Assembly: GCA_023247795.1 (NCBI GenBank)
Contig: JAHFFT010000010.1
Span: 1-58,220, forward strand
Direction: 5' to 3'
DNA: 58,220 nucleotides
Source of the DNA: Candidatus Omnitrophota bacterium
GTDB taxonomy: Bacteria; Omnitrophota; Gorgyraeia; Zapsychrales; JANLHA01
Part shown: one piece after another, positions 28,501 to 40,500 of the stretch
How the letters are laid out: each line of letters starts with the position of its first letter
Numbering within the stretch: position 1 is the first letter of the stretch
Translations under genes and position numbers: made by a program
Notes under the pieces: model-generated
The model's input: the letters and a program-made list of their open reading frames with translations, nothing else
Told to the model about the DNA's origin: nothing
Databases searched by the model: none

Positions 28501-31500
28501 ACGCGATCGGCGAAGATTTCAGTCAGATGACCAGTTTCGAAGAGATTGAAACGGCTGTCACGGATCGATTGGCCAAACTCTCTGAAATGATTAGTCAAAC
28601 CGAAAATATTAATAGTGATCTTGAACAGGCCGTTGAAAATCTTGAAAACGCTATCACGAAAAATTCAGCGGAACAGATTTTTGTGAATGTTCATCCTGGC
28701 GATTCGATTGTGTTGAATGCTGATTTTGGTTCAGCAACGGAAATCCTTTGGCGCCAAATCGAAGGACCGGTGGTGAGTTTACAGAAGCTGGATGACCAAC
28801 ACATCCGTCTGCAGGTGCCAAGACAAAGCAGCGTTAATGAATTGATCATCGGGGTCAAGGGGCTTGATCCCCATGGGCACATCGTTTATGAAGACACTTC
28901 ACTCAACGGAATCCAATATCTTGAATTGGGAGGACAAGCCATTCCTATTCAAGCGACGTCGGAACTTCATTATCAATTTGATGAGACTGGACGAGTGATA
29001 ATGGTCACTGACGCCCAGAACCGGCTTTTGTACCAAGCTGGAAACGCGCAAAATTCATCGGGGAATGGAATCATTTATAGCGGTATTCCTGGGGCCGATC
29101 ACCGGGTGCTGCGTCTTAAAAATATCCAGCGGTTCGACGATAGTTTTGAGTCGGTCATGGAAGAGACGGGTTTGAACATCAATCTGGAAGACCCTCCTTT
29201 CGCAAATACTCTCAGCGTTGATCAGTTGGCGCAACTCGCCGATGCTTTAAGACCTTCTGATCATGACGTTTTTGTTTTTGAACCGGTTAGGCCCGGTGTC
29301 ACTCGGATCGATTTGGCGGAAAAAACCGATACATTAGACTATCTTCCCGAACGAGGCGCTTTTCACGTTGACATTGTTGTCAAAAAGCAGGATGGAAGTA
29401 ACCCCAACACCAGATCGCTTTTCATCGATGAAAGCCAAAATGATCAGGTCGTTGAAGTTTTTGAAAACGATATCATCAAGGTCCGGCTGCCAGTCCATCT
29501 TCCTTATCGATGGGAATTGCAAGATGAACATGTTTTAACCCCGATGGATTCCAATGTCAGTGACGCAGAAAGTGAATACTCCTTTGCTGTCCAAACAAAA
29601 GGCGGGGAACTCTTAAGTTTTTATGAAATAGATCCGTCAAACGCCAGAATCTTGAATGAATTTGCCGTTTATGTCCAAGCCTCAGAAAAGAATGAAGAAG
29701 ATGAACCTCGTCGGATTGTTTTAAGGCCGGGCGACCGTGGCCGCAAGATTTCGGTCCGTGTCGGCGATACGATTGCTTTGGAATTCCCGCGTCAAACCGA
29801 GACTTCGGCGTGGATTGAACGCGTTGTCGAAAATTCACAAATGACGGTTGTGCATGATGAGCTGGGGCATGTTATCCGTGAGAATTATTCGGATGGAACA
29901 TCGATCATTTACGATCCTCAAGGAAAATTAAAGCAAGTTATGGATCTTAGCGGTAAGATTCTTATTGATAAAAACGATGAGCGTTATTTGCTGCAGACCG
30001 ATAAATTCGGGAATCAGTTTGAGTGGACGTATGTTAAAAACGCTCAGCAGCAGTTGATAGCAACTTTGATCACGGGTCCATCGGGAACAAGGATTTTCAA
30101 TGCTCAGGGTGAATTATGGAAGTTGACCGGATTGACACTCGAACAAAAAAAGCGAATCGATCAGTATTTAGGTCAGCATCCACAGTCTTTACCGCAGCCT
30201 CCACCCGCGGACCCATATTTGTATTGGATCGAACACATCAATGCTTTCCGCAATGATCCTAAACTTGGCGCCCTTTTGCACGATGTTGTCACAGTAACTT
30301 ATGAAAAAGATGATGAAGATCAGATCATTGCCAAAATTGAGAGTCGTCCCGGATCTTCGATCAGAACGGAATATGATGATAAGGGCAATCCGGTTAAGGT
30401 GGTTGATTCCGACGGATCGACGATTGAGACCAGTTACACTTACGACGATGAAGGCAAAATTTTAGCGTCAACGGTGACAACCGATGCCGCGGTCATGGGC
30501 TATGATGCCAGCGGTACCCTCCTTTATCAGCAAAGCCGGCTGAACTCTTCCTTCGCGTCAGCATTCAACTATCTTCGGGGAAATGATCAAACCATTTTGA
30601 CGGAGTTTGAAGAGCGTTCCAACGGGGTCTTGGTCCGCACGGACTATTCGGTGAGCGAACAGGAAAGAGCTGTTGTCGACCTGGATGGAACCATCCATTA
30701 TTCGTCGGAAAGACTTCCAGAGAAAATCACGGAATACATTCAAATAGCGTTCATCCTGCAAGCCCTTTCGGAATCCGAGATTGTTGATCAGATGGAATTT
30801 GACACGACCGGAGAGCGGGTCGAACCTTTCAGCCAGGATACACTTTGGGTGAAGTGGACGGAAGGGGCGGAATCATCGGAGATTGGGAGTCTGCTGGAGT
30901 CGGCCGGCCTGGAATTGGTCGCGGGTGCCGTTCGGGGAGGTTTTCATAAAATTCATCTTCTCGAAGAAGCGTTGCGGCCGGGCCGGGAAACAACATACGA
31001 ATATGAATGGGACAATGGACGTGTTATTGAAACCCGTATCCGAGCCGCGGAGGGTGTCATCGTGATCAACGCCTCCGGAGAAACAATCGCCAGCGTTGAT
31101 GGCCGCCGCCCGTCAGAAATCATTTTGGTCGAAATAACGCATGACCCTTTAACCGGTTTTGTGGAAAAGGTCAACAAATACAAACACAGTGATGCCGACA
31201 GCAATTTTTTTGAGGATCCCCTCAAGTACCGCGATCTGACATTCAAGAACGATGAGATTTTGTCAGCGGAGACCTATGAGACGATGATAAAAAACGCGGA
31301 TGGGAATCTTGTTAATGTCGATGACGTGATCCAAGCCGAACTGTCCGCCCCTGGCAGGACAGGAACATTTCCTCACACGGCATTTGATTTGATCCGCAGT
31401 TCGGAACAAATCAACCGGTTAAGGGAAGCGCGCTATTACGCCCCCGACCGGATTGTGCTCGTGAAACATATTTATGAAGGACGCCGTCTGAAGGAAATCC

Positions 31501-34500
31501 AATCTTACAACATTGATGTTAATGCTCCTCTGAGCCCTGGTGCTTTGCGGCAAAGGACCGTCTATGCCGAGGACATCGTTGATGAGGAATTTCCGGACCT
31601 GGATGAGTCCAGTCGTATTTCCTATGAATTGTTTTATCAGGGGCCCGCGGGCCAGGAAACAAAGGCCACCCGGAGCGATTTCACTTATAAAGCTGGTTCC
31701 GTGACCGAACTGGAGGCTTACCACAAATTCAATATTGCCGGTGACATTCCCGATAATACCACTGATATCCTGTATCTTTTGTCCGACGTCATCCCAACAC
31801 AGACGGACCATGGTGATTATGGTTATGAAGAAGATGAATTCGGACCGCTGACAACATTTTTCTTTTATTCCAACGGTAAATATCATGATTTCCGAGCGCA
31901 GGACACCGATGACAGCTTTTATGTCGATTATTCGGTCAGCTACGCGGGAAAATTGACTGAAATTCCTCAAGGCGCTAACCCGGTCCGGATCACCACGTTC
32001 ATCAAGATGGGTGATGATGAATTCAAACGCGAAACCAAACTTTTCCGACGGGAAGGAGATCGAATCACGACGGACATCGCGAAAATTTTGCGTTATCAAT
32101 ACAGTTTGGGATATTTGGAAAGTGGTGATGGGGATGCCGCCACCCTTGACCTGGTTGAGGAGTTTGAGCCTGATCCTCAAAGTGAGCAGGATGGATATAA
32201 ATTGATCCGCAACAACTTTTATCGAGGAGAAGTGCGGGTCAAAACTGTTGATAACCTTCAGAAAACGGCCACTTATTATTTTAATTCCGTTGAAGACCAC
32301 GGCAATCATCCTTTCAGCGCCGAACTTTTGCAAGATTATTTCGGAAACAGTTTTTCTAACCTGTTGGATTTTTTTGCTGTTACCGCCGCGGATCTTGATG
32401 CGGACAGGGATGATGAGGCTGAGGATGAGGCTGATGAGGATGAGAGTGATGATCGCAAAGCTGATCTGGATTTTGCCGTGACTGTTCATGAACGTCACGA
32501 CAAGGCCATGGAAAAAAGTTTGTTGATTTATCGTGGCGAGAGCACAAAGGAACTGATTGATCGATCTTTCACGGCTGACGGAAGTATTACGGTTTTTAGC
32601 TATAAGTCCGATGGGAGTCGGGATTATTCCGTGAGTTATGATCGTGAACGTTCTAACGCGGTTGTCAAGACCTGGTATCGAGGTCAGCCCGGGCAGGAAC
32701 TGGTTTCGGAAGTCCAATTCGCCGATGGGTCAACCGCGGTTTATCGTTATCTCGAAGATCGCAATGAAAATTATGTCCTGGACCCTCAGGAAGACAGCAA
32801 TGGCGATGGCCGGCTGAATCTTTCGGTTGTTCAAAAAAATAAATGGATTGACCAGGACACTCAGTGGACCACAACAGAATATTATCGCCCGAGCGCGTCA
32901 GGGGAAGATGATGAGCTCGCTTTACAGTTGAGCCCGACGGGAAGTCCGATGGGATTCATCAATGTTAAGAAGGAAGACGGTCATTACGGCGATATTGATT
33001 ATACCGAACAGCGGGTCATTCAGTATGTGAACAGGGAGCATATTTCGTTAACCGGCATCCCTTTGGCCGACAGTCTTGCCGGGATGTTAGGAAGCGCCCA
33101 AGACGTTGATGATCCGGTTTTTCTCAGCCGAATCGGGGCCGCTGATACGATTGAGACTGTTCAAGTCAGTAGCCTCGACGGAGATTTGATCGCGGTTTAT
33201 CAGCCCAACGGTGTCGTGCAGCGATTTGTCAATGAACGCAATGAGCGATCAGAAATCATCAGAACGCTTGAAACCTCGGAATTTGATGCCAACCACGATG
33301 GAGATTTTGACGATCCGCAGGAATATTCCTTTAGTGAAGAGGTTCTGAATTATACCTTGGCTGACGCGTCTATCGAAGGTTATTTCAGGGGCCGCCCCAA
33401 GAGCCGTAAAGATAAAAATGGATTCATTACCGACTATGAATACGCGGTGAATTATTTAGGCGAAATCATCGGAGTTAAGGAAATTGACATCAATCGGTTC
33501 GGCCAGGGCGATCAAAATACTCGCGCGGATAAACCGTTTCGTCAAATTTATTATTTCACTTCGGACTATGCCCCGAATCCAGTCTGGAAAGGCGAGATCG
33601 CCAAAATCATTGATCAAAATGGTCAGATCGTTTATTTCACCTATGAGAAGGGCCCCCAAGGCCAGACTCGACGGGTGATGGAGCGAAATTCTCATAGAAT
33701 TCAGAGCGAGCGTCGTTTTAATGAAGCAGGTCAACTCATTGAGGTGAACGATCCATTGGGTTTCAACATCAAAAGTGAGTATCTGTTGAATGATCAAGGC
33801 CAAACGATCGCTGAGGCTCGCCATTATACCGGAGCGATAACAACGCTTGATGGGAAGGTTGATGTGGATCACGAAGAGTTTTATCAATATGACTCTCGAG
33901 GACGAGTGGTCCGTTTCATTGATCGCAACGGACTCTTGACCAATATCACTTATGTCGATGATGCCAAGGGTAACACGATCGTCAAGCGAACAACCACTTA
34001 TTTGAAAGCAATGGGCGAGGACAATTATGAAAAAGTCACGGTCGCTATGCCCTCGCTTCAAAATATTTCAGATCTGACTTGGGATTTTGATGTTGAATTG
34101 ACGACCGTTGAAGATTTTGACCTGGTTAGCAGTCTGCCCGTCAAGCGGGTTGATCCAGACCAGCGGGTGAGTGAGTTTGATTATGATTTTGATTCCTTGG
34201 GCAATCTGAACCAACGCGACACCAAAATCAAGGAAATGGAAAGTGACGTTGAAAAATCCTTTGTGGAAAAAACAGAATTTTATGTCAGCGACGGACTGAA
34301 TTATCGCAAAGGTGATATCAAAGCGCAGGTGGATAGAAATGGTCTTCGCACCGAGATGAGTTATCACCGTAATCACAAGGAACAAATCACATCGATGCGC
34401 CGCACAGTGATAATTCCGGCGGACTATGACGTGGCCGGACATGATATCACTTATTCGGAAGAGACCTATCTTGATCCAGTGACCGGCACCGTGACCGCGA

Positions 34501-37500
34501 CCCGAGACCGCAACGGACAGGTCCAGCAATTCCATCATGTTTACGACGATCGTTTGAATGTCACGCGAACCACCGAACTTCATTTGCGTCAGGGGCTTTA
34601 TTTGGATGGGATCGATGACTACGGTAAGATCGGCGCGCAAGGGGCCTTGGAGAATCTTACGGATGACGTTCACGGCTTTACCTACAGCGTTTGGTTTTAC
34701 GCGACCGCGATGCCCAGTCAAGATGCCTTGAATCAGGATGGATTTATCATTGCTCGTCCGGAGATCAATTCTTCCGAAGGATTGGATGGTATCTTTATCA
34801 AAAATGTCGGAGATGACTTTGCTGGTAAGGCCGGAGCCATTCAATCCTATATTGATCAAACAACCGGAGAGCGCCAGAACGCCCTGATCTTTACGAATCA
34901 AAATATCGTGGGTCTTAACCGCTGGGTCAACCTTGTTATGGTCGTTGGAGCAGATCGGACCATGAAATTTTTTATGGACGGGGTTCTGCAAGGAGCCGTC
35001 GTGATTCCCGGTCAGCTGAAAGATCATGGCACGCGGCCTTATATGGTCGGCGGGTCGCAATGGATCGACAATGCCGCCGGGGTGGTTGATGATCTGGCCA
35101 TCATGAGCCGGGCCTTGACGAATGAGGAGGTTTTTGATCTTTGGCAAAATGGGATCGAAGACATCAGCCAAAGTGGGCTGGAAGCCTATTATTCTTTTGA
35201 CAACTCTTACGTCGATGATGGACTCTTTGTCATTGATGATTCCGCGCGCGGACATCCTATGGCCCTAGAATTGGGCGCGGGGATACGGGCCGGCGATATG
35301 CGGGGAGAATCGCGGTTTGAGAGCGGGGATGCCAGCGTGCAGATGGTGAAACAATTCAACTCCATGGGCGAAATGCAAAGTGTTTTTGTCGATAAGGCCG
35401 GCACGGAACATGACACGACCGCAAGTTATCAAAGAAAATTCGATGGTCTCGGGCGTTTGATCGAGGCGATTGAGACCGTAAATCCATCGCAGCCAGGTGG
35501 TGACGTGATTAAGAATGTGACAAAGTATAACCTCAGAGGATCGGTGGTTCTCACCCAGAAAATCGTGAACGATGTTGTCAACGATGAGACCAGTTATTAC
35601 GATTTTGTCATTGATGGACAAGGGAATCTCGTTTCGGAAAAAAGCCGCGCGTCAAAAAGAGACGGCCGGGTTGTTGATCTTGTGACGCTGATGGAATTTT
35701 CGCCCCTGGGAGATACCGTCCGTCAGGAAAATCCAGACCTTGGACAAGTCGAAGAATTGAAATATGAAAAAGACAGCCGAGGGCGGGTCATGGTCGTTTA
35801 CAAAAAGACGATTAAAACGTTGTCGTCAGAACTCCCAATCACCATCGAAGGGATTGCTGATGGCAGTCCACGTGTTGCCGAGACTTTTACCGCGCAATTT
35901 TTTAATCAGCAAGGAGATCTTGTGGCGACCATTGATAAAGATGGGCATAAAACCATCATGAATTCACTGAAGGACGCGGATGGCGATAACGTGATTGTGA
36001 CTTCGATGGATTGGCAGGGAAAAATCACGACCCAGATCTTTAATAAGGAAGGGGATCTCCTGCATGAGATTGATCCGACGGGCAGGGTCATGAATTTCAC
36101 CTATGTCTGGGACGCTCTTCATCATATCCGCAGTGTCACGATGTCGGATGACATTGTTCTTTATGATGCGGACAGTGTTCCGACGGTGCCGATTGAATTG
36201 TTGACCAGCGGCAACGCCTATTCCTCCGGACATAATGATGAATTGACTGAAACGCAGAGCCGAAGCTTAGCTCGTTATTCCGTGATGGCCAAGGGAAGCG
36301 GATTATTGAAGATCGTTATGCTGGATTATGTAGGCAACCCGATTCCGGGACGGGAAATTTATTCTTCCGCGATCGCTGGTTCCGAAGAACAGATCGTGAC
36401 TTTTGCGCCGGACCCGGATGTGCGTCGTATCCGGATTGTGGGGTCGGGAACTCTGACAAAGTATAAGGTCGTCAAAGCCCCGTGGACATTTGGAGCTTCG
36501 GGGACAGAAGAAACGTATAGCTCGGTGCTGACCGAAAACGAAGCGGTGTCAGCGGCCGGATACACACTCAACGGTCTTCTATCCGCGCCAGTGAGTGTCA
36601 TTCACAAAGACGGCAAGCGTTCGACGTTCACCTATGATGAAGTCGATCAAAAGACCGGTGAGATCATTCAGTCCACGGAAACATTATCGAATGGCGACAC
36701 GATTGTCCGGCGCTATAAGGATGGATTTTTGATCAGCCAGGTCAACAATGTGACCGAACGCGACGCGGACAGCAAAGGACCATTTCTTCATATCATTGAG
36801 GATCCGCATCATGGATCGCTCAAAATCAATCTTGATGGGTCGGTGACGTATACGCCGGACACGGGTTCAACAAAGAATGATCGATTTGTCTACGCGCTCA
36901 CCGATAAGGACGGAAAAATCGTTAAGATCGATGATGAGGACAGTAAAGTCGTCGATCTTAATGTCATCGGTGGTCAAGTCAGCAATCTTCCGAGTAACGC
37001 GCTTAAGCTGGATGGTCAGGTGGATTCGGTCGCGGTCCCCATCAAGACGCCAGAAATGATGTATCTGATGTACGGAGGATTTGCTTTTGATTTCGATTTT
37101 ATGCGGACCGGAGCGCAAAACATGGACGCCGCTGAGCAAGACGGGTTTCTCGTCTCCCGCCGTGGTTATGACAATACCGGTAAAGTGAACCGGGACGCTT
37201 ATCACGATGGGGTTTTCATCAATCAGGCGTCTGGTAAGTTGGAAGCGGCCATTTGGCACGACAATGGTGATGGAAAACCACCGGTGAGAACTGATATCAA
37301 ATCAAATTTTGTTATCGCAAACAATGTTTGGTATCACATCACGATGTCGGTCGGCATTGATCAGGCGTATTCCAAGATCGCCGCTGATTACGGTGACAAT
37401 GTGACGAATTTCAATGCCCTCCTCGATCAAATTGGTGCAGACAGTGGCCTTTATGCCGAATTTTTCCGTCAGGGGATTCCCAATAAGAAGGGATCAGAAT

Positions 37501-40500
37501 ATCCGACAACCAATTCTTACTGGCGGGCGTTGTTAAAAGATTCTCTGATCAATCAAAATCCCCATTTCAACATTGCTTCGTTATTCGTCGATGGCAATGT
37601 GGTCAAAACAAAGGTCTTTTTTAAACCGCTCCGTTATTTGGGGGACAATCCTTATCTGATTGGTGGGCAGGACTGGCTTTACAATGCCAATGGTTTGATC
37701 GACAATGCGGCTTTTTTTAACCGTTCGCAAAGTGCTTCTGACATTCGCGCCCGTCGAACAACTGGTTATGATCCGGGCCTGGATCCGTCCTTGGTCGCGT
37801 TTTATAATTTTGATCAGGTTGCCAACAATAAATTCATTGATGAGACCGGACACGGCAATGAGGCGATCTTTAACATGACCTATGCCGATGGAAAGAACGC
37901 TGCTTTGGAAACCGGTCAGAACATCAATTTTAGAACGACGCCCTATCCAGATTCTTTAGCGGTTCATTACAACTCATCATTGAAATTGAATCTGCCAGGG
38001 ATGGATGTTTCACCACCGCAGCGACGAACGAAACAATCGACGTTCAGCTATGTTGTTGACAGTAAACTCAATCGAAAAAAGCTCATCCAGAATGATAGCG
38101 GGGATGAAGCGCCGACGGTCACAACGTATGGATTTGCCGGACCAGAAAATGAGACCATCAATTTCGCGTATGGCAATGAGACTTATGTCAGCCACGTGCC
38201 GGCCTATGAGGCGGCCTGGGTCGAATCGTCGTCGGGAAAAGCCTATTACGATTATCTTTTCAACAATGAAGGGGACGTGGTCAGCCGCAATCTCATTTCG
38301 CAGACGCATTTGGATGAGCCTGTTGATTGGCAGGGTGAATGGGCGAAAAGTTTTCGTTCCGAAAAGTATCTTCCTTTTGAGCAGTTGAGCGCGCGGCAAA
38401 AGGCCATCTTCGCGCAGACCCTCACGAGTCGCGGGATTGGGCTTCAACAAGAAGCCGGTGATGCCGATGGCGATGCCGCCATACGATTTCTTTATCAGCA
38501 AATAGCCGCGGTCATGGCGCAAGGGACCCCTCAGTGGAATTTTGGTTTGGCTGATGTCTTTGCCGTGGCCCAACAGGCGGTTGATTGGCGGTATTATTCG
38601 GCATGGGTCAATGAAAACGCGGGGACGACATTCCAGGTCCAGCCGCTGCGGGGAAGTTTTCTTGATTCGGAATATTGGGGACCTGATAAAGTCTTGGACG
38701 GAATAGCCACTGAAAAGCAAATCGCGGACGGGATCTCCACCCGAGATCAGGTGACGAGCACCATCACCACCGTTGGGATTTTTAATCCTTCGCTTTTTAT
38801 CAGTCATCTCAAATCCATCGCGCGTTCCCGGACCGAGGGGCTAGCAAAAATATTTTACCTTCCAGAACCGGCCTATGAAGGCGATGGGAACTGGAACTGG
38901 GTTAAGGATGGCCAGCCGGAGCGCCTCGGTCATATCGGGTCGACGGAGTTTGAAGTCATCAACACCATTGATAATGGAATGTATCAGGATTATCGGGAAG
39001 CGGATGCTTCAAATCAGCTGACCTTTTACGCGAATCTCGCTGAATTCGGTGGCGCTGGAAATTATCAGGTCCGTCTCCATTTTATGGAACCCAACCTCAG
39101 GGTCTTGGGCCACGCTGATCCCAGCAAACTCAATTCAAACCGAACGGATGTGGAACTCAGGTTGGTTTCAACACCTTTACCAGGCGACGGTATTGTCGTA
39201 AAAGCGGATTTTGAACCGTTGCATAACCCTAACGGATATTTTGATCTTTATCCTCCAACCTCTGCCGTTGTGGCCGGACTTAAAGCCGCGGGATATATCG
39301 CCAATGACCTATACGTATCTACTTCTTACACCGCATTGAGTAACACATTTAAAAGATGGTTTCCCGAACTTACGGAGGAAGAATTTACGGACATCGACAA
39401 TTCGCTGGCATCAAAGTCCATACTGAATCGCAACTATACGCAAAATATTTTTAATAGCTTGATTACGTTAGGATACATCAACGCGCTAGGGGTGATTCAA
39501 AATAAATTCAAACTCCTCAAAAACGCCCAGGATGCCGCGTTTGTGTTGGATCCGAACTTTGAAATTCATCGGGCAGGAATTTTTTCCATTGTCCAGTCAA
39601 ACAGCAATAACGATTTGGATGTCCTGCCGTTCTGGTCGTTGGACAATGCCCCTCCCACCGATGCTGATCGGGCCAAACGGTTGTTTGATGTGAATATTCA
39701 GGGACAGTTGGTTGAAAATGATTTTGACATTGTCACCGCCATGGATGATCGCGATCGTTTGCAGGTCACAACACTGGGGACGTATTACCCATTTCATGGC
39801 TTGACCGCGGCGGTCACCCGCGCGTATAACGTCTTGGTCGGCGAAAACAATATGTTGACCATTCAGTTTGATGGGAATCAAGTCGGGTATTCCGGTGATG
39901 ATCTCTTCACCACGGCACCGGTGATCTCTGGGATTGAAATCTTGAACGCCCAAGGAAGGGTTGTCCGACGGGTGAATGTGGGAGGAGAACGCTATGATCC
40001 CTCGGGAAGTCATTATATTTCTCCGCAAAACGCCGAATCGCTTTTCCTTGCTGAGCAAGGGACCGTTAGCAGCCAGCCGGCGTTTGTTCCCACGCATCCA
40101 TTGGGGTCGATTGTTCATGGGGAGCAGTTATGGTCTTCCATTCCTAATCGTTCGGTTGAAGATATTCGCAGCACCATCACCAGTTCGCAAGACGCGGCGT
40201 TGGCAGAATTTGCTGAGGCCGCAACGCAAATGAACGGAAGGCATCTTTCCGCGGTTTCCTACAATGATACTATCGCGGCTTATCAACGCAGTTTTCTACC
40301 GGCCATTGAACGCAAATTGCGAATGGTCTTTCAGGAGCAATTGGGTCGGGACATCTGGACTGCCCAATCTCCGCGGATTCAAGGCCGCGACGTGAGTCTC
40401 TCTGAGTTGGATTATTTTACCCAGCAGTATCAAGCAGGGACATCGATCCAAGAGATCAAAGATTTGATCACGTCGTCCAGGTATAATAACAACGAATTGG

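Noticed and set aside
31419-32717. The 432-aa minus-strand ORF, with similar long minus ORFs at 34068..35255 (395 aa), 38010..38807 (265 aa), 33456..34061, 26523..27080, 39597..40118 and 42149..42682
   Set aside because: All lie antisense to the continuously open plus-strand giant ORF. Their translations are low-complexity (I/F/R/L-rich) with no recognisable motifs, while the plus strand encodes clear YD, LamG and other motifs over the same bases. They are shadow ORFs produced by the codon bias of the sense strand.
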